A DNA stretch of 60,000 nucleotides from Lytechinus pictus (GCF_037042905.1 NC_087245.1:12464001-12524000); one strand, 5' to 3'. Positions 38,384 to 53,311 are shown, counted from the stretch's first letter. Program-made: numbers and translations. Notes: generated from the sequence alone by a model not told the origin.

Positions 38384-41300
38384 AATCACGAGGTAAATGA
38401 AACAATAGGCACTGAAAAAATTGGACAAACATGCTCCTTTAAAAGCGATCCAAGTGTGTCTGTCCTCCCTAAAAATCAGCTCAAAATCACCCATAACAAC
38501 CTTTGTTTAAGGCTTCAACATCTTTCCTTCAGTTGCATTGTCAGCTTAGGCTGTTACTACTAATTATCTCCTCTGTTACCTCTTGCCGTTTACTGTATAC
38601 AAACCTTTTCTACTGTAGCATTAACTGACCAGTCACAAGTCAAAGCCAGTTTGTTATTTCTTTCTTTTTTGGTCAAGTCCAACAGATTTCTATTGCTAAG
38701 TGAGATGTTATTTATCAGAGTTATCTGAGAAGCAGAATACTTATATTTTATTAACAATTCCTTTCTTAGAAATCATGAGAAAATATACCAAGTATCACAT
38801 TACATACCAAGTAAGTTTTGGCAATATACGTGTTAATCAGAGGCTGGACATGGAGCTAGGTGACTCAATGATTCATGCCAGGGCTGCTTGCCATATAAAA
38901 AAAAACAGATACACATACATGGTTTCCTGCATTCAATGTAGGCTCTTCAGGTTAACTGGGCAAGGTGTTTTCAGTCATAGGTTTTGGAGAGTTGAACACT
39001 GATACTGGTATGTATCTGATTCCTCTTTAGAAAGTGATAAAAAGATTCTATTGAGGTTTTTGCAGATTTCATCACAAAGATTTCTGTAGGGTGCAGATGT
39101 CAGTAACATTGGTGTTGGAATTATGTTTGGGTTCAGTCTGGAAAAAATGGGTGCTCAATATATATTATATGTTCTTTATGAATTTCAAGTATTTTTCATG
39201 GCATCTATGGCATTTCTCATGATTTTCAATAGAATATATATTCATGAGAATTTTTTTTTTTCATGAAGTTCTTTCATACTAAAACAATTATCTCAAAGAG
39301 ATATTTCTTTCAGATGTATGTAATGTAAAAAAGTTACACTATGTCTAGTATAGAACAACAGAATGTATCTGTATCAAAACAACTCAGTATCCAAGACAAT
39401 GCATATACTATTCAACTGTATTATACCCGTAGCGTCGTGGTGCTTCTAAATCCAGTGCAATGGTAGTGTATGATAATAGTTTTCAGTGTCACAGAAATAG
39501 TTTTTTAGCAGCCTAAAAAAGTGCATATTCCTTTTTTTATGAAACCAGTGACTACAGCATTTTTAAAAAAACTTTATTTATTCTGCATGTTGTTAAGAGT
39601 GTACATTATTCACAATGTAGTGGTATTTGAAAGGACAGAGTATGTCTTTGCTTTGTAGCAAAGTAACTAACATAAGATTTTTTATTGATGTAAATATATA
39701 TATAGATGTATAAGATTTTCAAACTTATACATATGAGGCAACACGTGTGTTTTGGCCTCATTTTTAAGAGGTCCTGATGTGAAACAAGAATATAGTAATA
39801 GTCTTTTATAGGAACAATATTAATCACTCAATTCTTAGATGAGAATGGTATATGATGATCTAAAGTTGTTTGATTCTGTTTTATTTTATTCTTATTATAT
39901 ATTTTTGAAAACATCATGAAGTGAACCATAAAAAAAGTACAATTTGTATGCTATTCTTTCATAATGTAACACACCTCTGAATCTAAGATTGGATTCGCGT
40001 TGAGTCATATGTCTTTTAAAAATTCATATATAAGCTAGGGGAAAATCGTAATATTCAAATCATGAACATTATAAAAAATAGTAATAAACAAATAATATTA
40101 CTTGAAACTAAATCTCAGATAAAATTTACTTCTAAAGTCATATTTTACAATTGCCAAACACAAACAATGGAAATAAATATATAACTTGTCATGGATATAA
40201 TTTAGCAAATAGAAGTATAAGCATGCAGTCATTGATACGATGAACAGAACAGTGTTTATTGAGATGTTTTTAAGAACTTAAGAAAACAGTAATATACAAC
40301 TCATTATTAACAAATCAATTAAAGCACTAATGAAAAAATTAATTAAAAACTAATGAAAGAAAAAAAATGTTTAAATTTAATGCTGAGCCCTCCGATTACA
40401 TTAAGTTATTTGTCTCTATGAATAGTGCATAAGGGAAAGGGTAATATCAAATGTTTTGGCCAACACTAGATGGGAATAGTAATATTCAATAAACATTACC
40501 AGATAATCATCAAATTTTTGAAATTCTTGTAGTGTCAGATGATAATGATATCTTGTGCAAGGTAGATTTTATAATGAATGTTAATACACATCTTTGACCA
40601 TCCATTTCTCATTTGAAATAAGTTTTTTTCCATCATATTTTCATTCTAGATTTATAATTTTGTTAAGTTTTCTGGTTATTCAACAATCCTAATTTATGAT
40701 TTTGTTCATTTTTCTTTTAATTCAACTACGTCTATTAGGAGCTAAACACAAATTGTAATTGTTATGTCAGGGAATATCTGTTTGAATAATGAAATGAATA
40801 CATGAAGTCATATATGTTAAGTACATTATGAATTTTCAGTGATAATGATATATCTGCACAATACAATCAGTTCTAGTGTAGGGATTTTGCAGTTTGAACG
40901 ATAACTCTCGACATCACAAAATGGAATGTTGACTTGGAGGAAAAAAAAGATTATAATGATGCTTTTCTCTTTTCATCATCCAAGGCTGTAAACTTTTTTG
41001 AAGCCCTTTTTGGGTTGACATTAGTTGGTGTTTTTTATTTAGTTTTTTTTTTACCTGTGTCATATTTGATGTTGAGTGTCTGACTTGGGTCGTTTAGATT
41101 ATTATTATGTACAAATAAAATAAATTTTATCAAGAATATGTGTACTAGATCAGACAGAGTAGAAACATTGCCATTAATAACCATATGTTTTTGTGTAATT
41201 TATGTTAGGTAGACTATTTTGACAAATGAAATTGTGTAATCTCATGAAAAAATTCTTGATAATCACTCTCTTTTTCTTGCTTTTGGGGGAGGGGCACCAA

Positions 41301-42840
41301 CATTTTACACACTAATACAATTGGACAATCAGCAAGACAGTTGATTCATTATTATAACCATGAACATTTTTAAATTTTTTTTTATCCTTCTTTGTTTCCT
41401 TCTTTTCCTCATCTTTCATCTCTTGTCTTCTCAAACTCATTCACTCTTCTCTTCTCCTTGTTCTCCTCCTTTTTCTTCTTCGTAATTTCCTTTTGAATAT
41501 ACTCTTTAGTAAGAGAAAGTAATGTGGAGATTGTAAGCCATCATTCACTATTTAAAAAACTCTATTCTATTCATGGTTAAAACCAGAGAAAATGAAATTT
41601 CCTGGTTAATAACATTCTCATTTTGGACTTGTTTCTTATAAATGATATGCTTACAAGATTTTGCAATACCAACCATTTGTCTCTTCTGCCTGTTCACACT
41701 TGGCAGTAATGGAAAAATATGTAATTAATGCCATTTCCTAAAAGGTGAGAAATTTGTATCATGTTAAGTTAACCACAGAGGTTGAATCCCTCTTCTGGTT
41801 CCATGTTTTGCTGGAAATCATTATTCAAATTTACATTGATAAATTTCAAGGTCTGTTTTTAATAATTTTGTGACTCCTCTAGTTTGAAATTCAAGCAAAG
41901 TCCATGATGCATATATTAATAAACTACCAGCTAGGAGTTGTATAAAAAGGTGTGCTTTTTAAAGGAAAATCACAGGTTCTGTCTCAGTTTTTCTGAGAAT
42001 TACATGTATTTCCTTTTTATAATAAAGCTTTTGTTGCTTAATGCAATGAAAAAGGACTGACTTCATCTTGCACTCAAAATACATTGTAATGTATATGTTT
42101 GAATAGGATTTTATGACAAATCTTGTTCAAATTAAATCTTACCACACTCGTCAGAAGCATTTGAAAGCAAAGTGTTATAAAATCGCATGACATTGTATAT
42201 TTTGTATGATACTATTACAGTTAACTCTATAATATATTGTATGAAATGTATGTATTACATGTAATATATAATGTTATATGTACATGTAGTATATATCAAT
42301 TACATTAAATATATATATCATATTTTACATATAAATTCAATACTCATAGGTGTGAGGTTTGAGTTTTGAATACTACATTCACAATTTTAATATATTTTAT
42401 TAAAGAGAAAGTCATGTTTTTTCTTATCAATCCTCAATTTGATAAAAATATTTTTAACTGGCTGCAGACATCTAAAAAAAATGATAAAAAATGCAAATAT
42501 ATACAGCTGGAAAAATGTTTTTCAGTTAAACAAAATGATTGTTTCCAGATTGATGCAAATCTTTCTCTTAAAACAAATAGGGTGAATGTAATGAAAAAGA
42601 AAATTATGATTTCATCTTATGTGGAACAGTATTATTTTAGTTTGTTTTCATCTAAATTCTCTTTCAAATATAATATATGATGTGTATAGTTAGATGTCTG
42701 GGACGCAAACATCTGTTTTAACTCAACATGTATGATATGTAAAATAAGAAAATGTGTGAAGCTAGTTTTAAAAAGCAGTAAAGCATTTACTTGTTTGTAC
42801 ATAAAAGCAAAAGTTGTAAAGTTAAAAACAAATAAATTTT
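38384..42840 (+). other. Probable long AU-rich 3'UTR of CSRNP
   Basis: About 4.5 kb AT-rich stretch with no transposon recognised; AATAAA near 41114, 42021 and 42831. True end unknown. Confidence 0.45.
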
Positions 42841-43211
42841 GTAGTTTACAATGCTGAGAGTAACATTACCTAGGTGTTAATATTTTTGGCAGAGCATATT
42901 TATGTTAGTTTTTTTCATGGATAATATATGAAGAAGTGATTGTGTTGCCCTGCTGTTGATTCAACTCAACCAAACATTGTATGAATATGTCTGTGTCATA
43001 TGGTTTTCTTATTTTATTTCAGTTCCAATAGGGTTGAACCAAGTATGATACTTTGTAAATAAGTTCCCTTTCCTTTTTTTTTTTCTCTCTCTTAAAATCA
43101 TTTCGTGGTCTATCTTATCTGTTCTGTTGTTGTTGACTCCCATTGCTCACATGCATTTAAATTGATAGTGTTTTTCATAAGTTCTTTGAGATTTAGGAGA
43201 CATGATCGCTA

Positions 43212-44420
43212 CCCGGGGGGGTCACTCTCCACATGGCCTGCTACGCACCCGCGTCCAGAAAAAGGGTCCTGTTTCAGGCACTCGGGCGGTGTCGATGTCT
43301 TTATCAAAAAGGGATGCATTTCACCACCATTCGCTTGTGAATTGCCTTTTAGGGTAGCCTTTTCTCTCTCACGCCATTTAGGGTTGCTAATTTGGTTTTG
43401 AAAATTACGCCATTTAGGGGTGCAAATTTTGGCAAATTTGAGGAGACCCGGGAGCAGACCTAAGCCATAAACACCATGAAGGGCGATTTTAAGGGATACA
43501 AAATAATCCTCACACATGCCGGCGCGGCCAGCGCAGCACTTATGAGAGTCAGATGAGAGTTGCCCCATACAGTCCTAGCTAGTCTCTTACACCTGGCTCT
43601 ATACTAGGCAGCACCGGGGGGGGGGGGGGGCATTTAACATTGACGAGTGGATACCATGCGCGACCAAAATAACACGTAAAAAGGATGTCTTTTTCAAGAT
43701 AGGGCACGTTACGTATGTAATGTAATAAGGGTGTCAAAAACACTAAAATAATGAAAAAAGGGTATCTATTTTGCGAGGAAAGCTACGTGTTTAGGGTCAA
43801 ATTAGCGAGGGTATGAAAAAAAATGTTTTGTAAAGGATGTACTTTTTGCCCCAACAGTCAACACTACGTGTTTAGAGTACGATTTGTGCGAGGTATGGCT
43901 GTACTAAACCCAATGATGTAGGTAAAGGTAAAACTGACGTCCGTGACATAACTATTGAAATACTTGTAATTGTTTAGGGGTTCAATTCAATAAATACTTG
44001 CTCAGAGCAGCGTTTTGTTTCCAATAAGGGTAGGGTTTCACACGCCATTACTTGTTAAGGGGTGCATTTTTTAGAATATGGAAAATACTTGTTTAGGGTG
44101 CTTTTCGAGACCCCATGGTCGCGCATGGTATCCACTCGTCAATGGAAGTGGCCCCCCCCCCTCCCGGGGGGCAGCACGCGTTACCCACACGCCCACAGGT
44201 ATCTCATATCAATCGATTTTGATGTTTACGCCACTTAGGGTATCAAATTAGGGGATTTCCCTGTTCACGCTACTTAGGGTGGCTTTTCTCATGGGTTACG
44301 CCATTTAGGGTTGCAAATTTACTTAATGTCATTACGCCATTTAGGGTGTATTTCTGAGGTTGTCGGACACGGGTGGGTAGCAGTCCATGTGGAGAGTGAC
44401 CCCCCCCCCCCCCCCCCGGG
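43212..44420. mobile_element. CCCGGG-ended TIR element with nested related element
   Basis: TIRs CCCGGGGGGGTCACTCTCCACATGG / CCATGTGGAGAGTGACCCC..CGGG; repeated ACGCCATTTAGGG motifs. Confidence 0.75.
43615..44169. mobile_element. Nested TIR element
   Basis: TIRs (G)n..CATTGACGAGTGGATACCATGCGCGACCA / TGGTCGCGCATGGTATCCACTCGTCAATG..(C)n; flanking direct repeat GGCAGCAC (43607-43614, 44170-44177). Confidence 0.8.
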
Positions 44421-46553
44421 ATTGCTATCAGTTTAAAAACATGGATGAAGCAAATCCATCTGATTTTCAGGTGCAAAAATGTGATTATTTTATTAAAAGA
44501 GGGATACTTCACACTTTTTCACATTATACAACTAATCTTACTTCATCTCCAATTTGTTTAGGATGATAGATTTCCTCAAAATGTTGACTGTGATTTGAAA
44601 TATGAATGACAGAAATTTTCCATAGACTTCAGCCTAAGTAACCAAAATATATCAAAGAACGAATTTCAGATCATTAAAGTTGTGATTATATCATCAGATA
44701 CATTATTTCATACTCTTAGGGGAAGTATTTTCATTTGAGGAACACTATAAAAAATGGTATTTGCATTTCATGATGTATGAGATAACTACTTGTATGTGAT
44801 GTCACTAACCCCCCAAACTTTTAAAATTCATGTTATTCCTTGATGGATTTTCATCAAGCTTTCAATTTTGCGATTCTCTCATTTATCTGCGAAAGTGAAG
44901 TCAAGGTAGACTTTCCCTTTGAGAAGTTGGAAGGAATTCCGTTTCTGTAAGAAAAGATGAAGGGGCTCTGTTACCTAAAAAAGATAAGTTGGCTATAAAG
45001 ATAGTGCTAATCAAACTTTGGCCCAATAACACAAAGCTTACCAATTAATTGTAAAGTTTGTACAATTGAATTTACATTGAAGTAATGATCAATTTCTTCA
45101 ATTGTAATTACAAGCCTTATGATTAATCACTCAGCCTCGGTGTAAGATACAATATTTTACAAACTTGAAAGTGAATATCCCTTTCACATATTTTAATATA
45201 AAAGTATTTAGTTTTCAAAATGATATTGATCAAGACTGAATTCTGTTATTTGCTGAGATCGTAATGAAAAATATGTTTAGCTCAGTTGATTTCTCATCAG
45301 TTTGAGGTCTCTGACACAAAATTTGATCTGATTGATCAATGTGCTCATTTATACAATTGATTGTATTGATCATCATGTGTAATCAATCGTACAGATCACC
45401 CATACAATCAGTTTACTTTATGGTACAGGGCCAATGGCACACTCTTCATTTTTAAGTGCTGCTCTCTCTATTTTGTATGATGTTGTACTATCTTGTATTC
45501 ATTCAATCGTTACATATTCTATTTGTGCTCTCTTTGCAAACCATGAGTAATTTTCCTATTGTATATGGTTATGCTTGTTTTCTTGTGAATGGTGCTGTAA
45601 TATTTCTTGTTTTGTCATACTTGCCAGTCATTTATCGAGTCTCTTTGCTACCTTTCATGCTTTTATCATGATGGTTCAGTTTTCATGAAAGTTTCTTCTT
45701 AGCCAGTAGATTTTCTTAAGGATATATTTTGCTCTTGAATTCCTGAAATGTACCTGTAGGTCAAAATCTTGAGAAACAAGGTCTGTTGCCTCCTTAATCA
45801 GATGATTAGAATGTAGGTTTTCATATTTCTTTATGGGGAAAAGACGATCAATATTGAATATTTGTATACTGACCACAATGTGTCAACGATTATTTGATCA
45901 TGTTTTCTGACAGATTTTCTCTTGTGCATGAATTTGTTTTTGGCATTGTGACTAGGTAGAGCAATAAAGAAGGACAATCTTTATAGACGTAGAAAAAAAA
46001 ATCAGTCTTACAGGAAAATAAGCCCTATATGTTTTCTTGCCATTTACATGACATATCAAACAGCACATATATTTGAAAAAATATATATTATTATTATTTT
46101 ATGTATTCTACTACAACTATTGCACAAGCTAACCCACAACTCACTACATAAGTTATTAGCTGATAATACATGTGTGTCTTAATATGGGAAGTAAATTTCC
46201 ATTCAGTTGAAACAAGATTGTTGAGAAAAATAAAAATGGATTCACTTTTCCCCAAGAAAAAGACCATTCCCTCCTGTAAACATCTTGTTAAATCAATATT
46301 TATAATTATATCATAGCACTATGGCAGGAATATTTTTTATGTCGAATGCTTTTGCCTGCAATGGCAGCAGGGTTAAAGTCATCCTAATAATGATAATTAG
46401 CGCCTTAAACTCCTTTAGAGTGGATATGAGTCTTCTAGAAATTCCATGATCATCATTATAACATATAGTGTACTAATGATCTGGGTGCAATGTCACAAAT
46501 GTTTTCAGCACGGACAGGTTATCATTAATTGACACTAACAATGAAAACCTTTG

Positions 46554-46706
46554 TACCTCGGTCACATTTGCTCTACGGCGGCCGTACGAAAACAGACTTT
46601 TTAACATTTTTTGTAATAGCTACATATAGGTGGTTTGAATAAAAATTGAATAAAACGGCTGTTTTTTACTTGCCGTATGGCCGCTTTAGAGCAAATGTGA
46701 CTGAGG
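46554..46706. mobile_element. Palindromic MITE (intact copy of the family split at 4373)
   Basis: CCTCGGTCACATTTGCTCTACGGCGGCCGTACG / CGTATGGCCGCTTTAGAGCAAATGTGACTGAGG. Confidence 0.75.
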
Positions 46707-48649
46707 AATTAGTTTTGATTGGTTGAGAAGCCCTAATCAATTACTGTTATTTATTGGTTAGGTTTTCGCAACTAATCTCTAGATGTTTCCCCAATAAGAG
46801 ATCATTTGAGTTTGGTCTTATTACTGATATTTTACAATAGATTGTATCAATCACCATGTATAAACAAGTGTTCTAATCAATATGACAAATTGCAAAGCTT
46901 TCAAGTGTTAATATATAAATTCCCTTGATTAGGTACACGCAACGGTTCTATAACAATCGAGCCATACTTCAGGTTTTCACTGTAACAATTAAAGCAACAA
47001 TCTTTACCAAGGTAACTTCTTGTTTCAGTTTGTGGCACTGATCTTGCCCCATCATCCTTTGATTGTTCAGCAGATTTGGAAATAAAAAAATCTTGATGAT
47101 TTGGCCAGTTTGCTGTCCATTTCAATACTCAAAAGATTTAAAGATTTGGGTTAAGTACTCTATGGTTTGTCGCAAGAAACTTGCAGTCAATTACATCTCA
47201 TTTTTACTTTCAAAAAGGAATTACACATCTTGCAATTTATTACAAGCTCACAGCTGTGGAAAGTACAAAATAGATTTGCTATTGATAAAATTGGTCCATT
47301 GAAAATTTGTTATTGAAAATTGTTCAATTGCAAAGAAGCTTTTTATTTTGCAACATTCCCAAAGATTCTTAGAAAAATAGCATTCATCTAAATTTTTTCT
47401 TTTGGTCCCCTTGTAGTATATTGCTATACATAAGACACAATGTTTGTCAAGTGTTGTACATCTTAATGCACATTGTGGTTAGTTATTTAATTCTTGAAGT
47501 CACAATCATGGTATCTCACAAAAGGTCTATTTCACCAATGAGAAGAAATTAGCTTTCATACAAAAATGCAGCAGTATTAATGTAGGTGCGAATAGAAATC
47601 TATTGCATGATTTATATGAAATCTATATTTCACTTTTAATTATTTTTCAAGTTTTGTTGACTAAATCTGCATTTTTATTGATCTACATGTGTAGTTTATA
47701 AGTGATTAGATGAATTAACTGAGCTGCAAAGTGGACAAATATAGGAAAGAAAATGTTCTCAAAGTGCTGTCATTTTGTCATTGAATGTTGCTTTTTGAAT
47801 TAAGAATGAAAAGAAAACCTTTACAGATGATGTATTGTATCATGTGCTTTTGCCAAGATGTAATCTTAAATGTAAGTTGAAGATGGAAAATAAAAAAGGT
47901 TGAAAAAATAAAGAATTTGCTGTCGGTAATGTGATGAATTAAATTTATAAGTTCATATAAGGTGAAAAGGAAGTGAAAAAAGAGGGAAAAAAGGGAGAAA
48001 ATAGGGAGGGTATGAGGGATGTGTGTGTATGAGAGACAAGGAGAAAGAGGAAGGGATGAGAGAGGAGAAACAAGAGGGGGAGAGAGAAAGATGAAGAGAA
48101 GGGGGGGGAGTAAATAGGGAGGGACAAGAAAGAAAGAGGGGGAGGATGAAGAGAGGATGGGGAGAGAACAAGAGACATTTTGATGAAGAAATAAAGACAA
48201 ATAGAAAGGACACAATGTTATGGATTACACAGAAGCTTGGGTTACCTGGAACTATCATAAATGAAAACATCCAGTAATGACATATTCTGACAAAAACAAG
48301 GTATGTTGTTGATACCTTTTATTCAATGTACATTATGGTACTTCACATTTAAGGCAAGCAAGTAAATAGTTATACAATCATTTAACAATGAACTGATATA
48401 AAATTTCTTTGTCGCAAGTACTGCTATTTGAGTAATAATTTCCAGTTTCATGTCGACAAAGATCATGTAGCACAAAGAAGACTCCTTCATGACAATTATG
48501 ATTTATATACTGAAAGAAAGCTCACAATACTGAAGGGTAATCATTCATAAATTACCATGTGTGGTAGTCCCGGTATTCTCTCTTGGAAAGATTTTTTTTT
48601 TCTATAAAAAAACCCATATTTTCATACAATAACTAAACATCTACTGAAT

Positions 48650-48948
48650 GGAAGAGCCTTTTAATCAGAGGGTTGTGTATTCAAATCCCACCGCAGCCTA
48701 GCGTCCTTTGGCATTGTCCACACTTTGCCACTCTCCACCAAGGTGCTGAATGGATACCTGGTAGGATGTGAAAGTCATTTTAGCTTGTCCCAAATCGTTA
48801 GCACCTTATATGGCGAATGGCCAGGGAGTGGAGGATGTGCTTACATTGTGTGCGAGAATGACTGATTGAATAAATCGCTATTAGCGCTTAGAAACGTATA
48901 ATGTATGTATTTTAATAACGCATTATTGATAAGATTATAATTATTATT
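48650..48948 (+). mobile_element. Degenerate tRNA-derived SINE
   Basis: B-box-like GTATTCAAATCCC, core CACTCTCCACCAAGGTGCTGAATGGATACC, (TTA)n-like tail. Confidence 0.55.
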
Positions 48949-49631
48949 ATACTTCAAGTGACCTGTTGTTCTAGAACAAAGCATTTGACATCCTCAGAAG
49001 TGTTCAGAATATAAAAAAATACTGAATGCCATAGAAATCATAATTGGACATAATATCTAATTCAAAATATACTCTTTACTTAGCAAGTTTCAGGAAGAAA
49101 AAAAATAATTGAAGTGGAATTCGAACATGATAACGAGGTCATATTTTGATATATAAGTATTTGATAAAGAAGGAACAAATTGTTAATACAAGTAATCACT
49201 AATTATGCGATAAATTGCACATCCGATTTCAGAATATAACCAGACATTCATCAGTATTATAAAAAACAAAATATATGATACACATTTCTTTAAATTTGAG
49301 CTGCGACAACATCTACCAAATCAATTTCCTTTTTTGAAAGCAATAGCTAGAGTAAAGGCATTATCATATACAAATTGATATACAAATATACACTAACTGA
49401 AAGCTCCAACAATAATACATTGTATGTTCAGGATGATGACGTATTTACCCCCCCCCCCCCCATGTATAACCATCCTTGATGAAAACAGGTGAATAAAATG
49501 TTCTAGCATTGTCATAAAGCAACATAATGGTTAAATCCTATGAGAAACTGTACAAGGAAATAGACAATGCAATCAATTTCAAATCATACTTGCCAATGGA
49601 AAGTGCAATTTTGATTTGCTTTAGAGGCATT

Positions 49632-50440
49632 TTACCATACAATGGCAGTTACCATACAATAGTAGTTACCATACATTGAAAGTTACCATACAATGTTAGA
49701 TATCATACATTGATAGTTACCATACAATGGTAGTTACCATACAATGGTAGTTACCATACAATGGTAGTTACCATACAATGGTAGTTACCATACAATGGTA
49801 GATATCATACAATGGTAGATATCATACATTGATAGTTACCATACAACGGTAGTTACCATACAATGGTAGTTCCCATGCATTTGTAGCTACCATACAATGG
49901 TAGTTATTATATCCTACGTAAATTAAATCATGTATGCTAATTGGTTTAAATAACATCATGTGACCAAACATATTCTCACTATTTTGCAATGACATTGAAA
50001 GTGAAACGCCCACTGAAGAAAAATTACTATTCGATGATGTCAATGATGGAATAGTGCACTATTCTATCATTGACACAGATCGCGCAATTTCTCGGGTGCA
50101 GGCACAAATACGCATTCCGCTGAGCACGTAGCTTCAGAAAAAGTAGGTCAGTCTGCACAGCGCGTTATCTATAAGATGAACTACGTGTACAAGAACTATA
50201 GATTATCAAGATTGGTTGCTGTAACTTATTGAATGTAGGATATAAAACAAATATACCAGGCCTTTATTTTGAAAGTATTGAGGGAATTATTCATCCTTGG
50301 TTGTACTAGCAAAATTACTGTTTTAATAGTAATGCCAGTCCAACCTTGGTTGAATAATTCCCGCTATACTTACTCAAAGCCTGGTATATTTGTATACTAT
50401 AGAATGGAAGTTACCATACATTGATAGTTACCAGAAAATG
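49632..50440. repeat. 17-bp minisatellite (TTACCATACAATGGTAG)n interrupted by an insertion
   Basis: About 16 units at 49632-49906, resuming at 50397. Confidence 0.9.
49907..50396. mobile_element. Two-hairpin insertion element (Crypton-like, inferred)
   Basis: TTATATCCTAC/GTAGGATATAA inverted repeat, then terminal hairpin ACAAATATACCAGGC..GCCTGGTATATTTGT; interrupts the 17-bp array at AGTTA|CTATA. Confidence 0.6.
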
Positions 50441-51215
50441 ATAATTTGTTTAGTAACCATTAATGGAACATTTATCATTTAAGATAAAGTTGAGTTTGAA
50501 TCCTGCGAATAACAAAGTAGTTAGGAAAGCTCCATGCCGTATAAAGCATGTGAGATTATTAAGTTTATTGACTTCCTATAAAAAAAAGTCATTACCCTGC
50601 ACAATAAACAGATATATGGGATCACACACAAATCTTGTATGAATGACTGACAGCCAAAATAAAATCATACATTTTATCACACATCAAATCTGAGGGCATT
50701 TAAATCTAAATATTTGTAGCATGAAGCAATAATATGTGTAAATCTCCCAAATCAAGGTAATTATTATCACACCATTATGGATAAAAGATCTACTGTCAAA
50801 AGTTCTGACATATTTATGTTAACCAAACATTGTAATAAAAAACAGAATATCAAACAGAGATGAGCACATGAAAGCACAAGTAATATTATTCCTTGGACAA
50901 AAAAAACCTGTCTACTCTCATAATGCCAAGCTTATTTATTTTAAAATTACTGAGCAATTACCATTTCATTTACCAGAATCATTAGACAGATTATTTTATA
51001 CAAACGAACACTTCGGTGGTCAATAGTTGGATTCTGTAAGACTTCACAATTGTGACCGGTATCATAGACGGAATTTAGGTTTAAATAGCAATATTTTGCA
51101 GTTGACATCTTAACACTGCCATTCTTCCTATATAACATGAGATGTGTGTGAGCTCAAAATTTATTTTCCCCTTTTTCTGCTCATGAAATGCTAAATCAAT
51201 GGAACCCTGGATATA

Positions 51216-51495
51216 AATTCCTTCAGCAAGAAATCTATCTACACTGTGCTACATCCAACACAGGTGAGGTAAATGGGGATCTGGACCCTGTTGCATAAAA
51301 GTATCTTTGCTATCCAATGGTAACTACCATGGTAATGATGATCAACAGCCAATAAAAATCAATGATTCCATGCAAGTTATCATTGGATGGCAAAGTTACC
51401 ATAATGGTAACTTTTATGCAATGGGCCCCTGGTAGGAATTTATTCCTTGAAACGCGGAGCGTACAGCAACAGCTCTGTTAAAGCAAGGGTAATCA
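51216..51495 (+). mobile_element. SINE core interrupted by a MITE (about 51283-51428)
   Basis: Core TTCCTTCAGCAAGAAA..CAGGTGAGGTAAATGGG resumes as CTGGTAGGAATT after an element with TIRs TTGCATAAAAGT / ACTTTTATGCAA. Confidence 0.65.
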
Positions 51496-51581
51496 TGCTC
51501 CATTTTTCTAGGGCAAATAGAAGTTTTTGATATAAGCAGTTATGATCATATATGTTTGATCACAGATGGTAGAGTTGGTTA

Positions 51582-51712
51582 TCATACTTTGTGCTCATCT
51601 TTCTGTGATGTTGATGACATAACCCCTTCCTTGTTTGGCTGGGTATCCCCTTGGTTTGGACGTCCATCTACTAAGAGAATACTGGCATGGAGAAGAAGTG
51701 ACCGCTCTGCAT
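51582..51712 (-). CDS. LETMD1: LETMD1-like, last coding exon
   Basis: Acceptor TACATAG|AT; encodes DAERSLLLHASILL..KV*, matching the SLLLH C-terminal motif of LETMD1. Confidence 0.85.
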
Positions 51713-51847
51713 CTATGTAGATTGGAGAATCAAATAACGAACGCAAGGATTCTATGAGATTTGAGGAATTAGCCAATCAAATACAAGGATTCTACAAGAA
51801 ATGAGCCATTAGCCAATCAAACGCAAGGTTTGTATGAAAAATCAATC

Positions 51848-52728
51848 TTAAGGACATTCCCTAGTTTATGTTTGTGCACATCATGATCTGCACATATTTT
51901 ACGTGACATCACAATGGATGAACAGGTGATTATCAGCTATAGGTATCAGCAGATCCAATGTTTTATTTTGTAAAACTAAGTACGGTAGATGAAAATGCTC
52001 CATGGACCAATGTTTCTTTTAATACCACTACAATTTCTGAATACTTTACTGTAAAGTGCTGCAAGGTGTGACAAATAGAGGTCAAGTTCGAATAAATGGT
52101 AGAGTGGTTTGATAGATGCAAAGCCTTTGGCGCATTTTGTTGTTTAAAATAGCATACTTGCTCCTACAAAAGTACTGATAGTTTGAAAAGAAGCACATGG
52201 GCCTATTTTAATGTTTACACCACTTGAGTACACCTTCCTTAACAAGCTTGCAAATTTTGGTGAAAATGTCATGGATTTAAATAAAGTGCAGCATTTATTG
52301 TACTTCTCATATTTGTTATAGAAATTTCAACTTTTTGAGATAATGTTTTTGTTTCCTTTCACACCATTTGAAAGAAAAGAAGGTGCTGCTAACCTTAAAA
52401 GGGCAAATGAATAGCAATATGAATGAATTCTCAATTTCAGCATACATTTCTGAACTATACTATAAAATTTGATGAAATTTTACATGAATTCTGACTTAGT
52501 AATAAGGGTTGACTGCAACATAGTGATCTCGTGGGGTCTGAAAATGCCAAATTCTTATGAATGCGCAAATCTCAATAACTTCCAATTTGGTGAACTTCAA
52601 ACCTCAATAAAAAAAAATCAAGCACATGAACCTAGGGTATTTTTTGCATACTAGTATTTGAAATATTCAAGTGTTTAAAATTGTGTGAAAATGACATGGA
52701 TTTCATTTAAACTGTGGAACGTCCTTAA
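51848..52728. mobile_element. Kolobok-like non-autonomous element (third family)
   Basis: TTAA-GGACATTCCCTAGTTT ... AAACTGTGGAACGTCC-TTAA. Confidence 0.7.
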
Positions 52729-53150
52729 GCCAATCAAATGGCACAATTTCTGCAGCTAGTAACTTCCTATTGATAACAATAGCAATATAGGTTCCTACAG
52801 AGTTCGGGATAAAGGTTGCCATTACAAAGGTATCTCTGCCTTAGTCAAATCTCTCAGGACCTCAAAAATTATTTGATCAAGAATAAATTTCACTTAGTAG
52901 ATGTTAATAACACACTTTGCATAATCAAGGGACCGTTTCATGAAAGTTATCAGCACTGGCAGGTTGTCATTACCAAACAGTTACCATAGTAACAGTCAGA
53001 AACCTATGCAACGTTGTTAGATTTTACAATTTGTCAGACGACAAATGTTATGTATATTTCTCTAGTCTGACTTTGACTTTTTACATATGGGGAGAGTTCT
53101 GCAAGATAAATGTAATCTATTTTACTTTATTGATAATAGTGTCTATTTAC

Positions 53151-53247
53151 CTGATATATTTGTTGATATATGAGTCCATTCTGTCAGCCATTCTGTTAGC
53201 ATCTGTCTGTCTAATCCTACAGGGTTTAATCCTCTCTGATAGCAAAG
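53151..53247 (-). CDS. LETMD1: LETMD1-like coding exon
   Basis: TTAG| LCYQRGLNPVGLDRQMLTEWLTEWTHISTNIS |GTAAAT; CY.RGLN..W..W motif of the LETM1 domain. Confidence 0.9.
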
Positions 53248-53311
53248 CTAAGATGCAAACCACACAAAATGATATGATGTACAATCAATATGGTGTACTG
53301 GGATAACAATT

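Noticed and set aside
49632..49906. 17-bp array as a CRISPR-like or telomeric repeat
   Set aside because: Simple tandem minisatellite without spacers.
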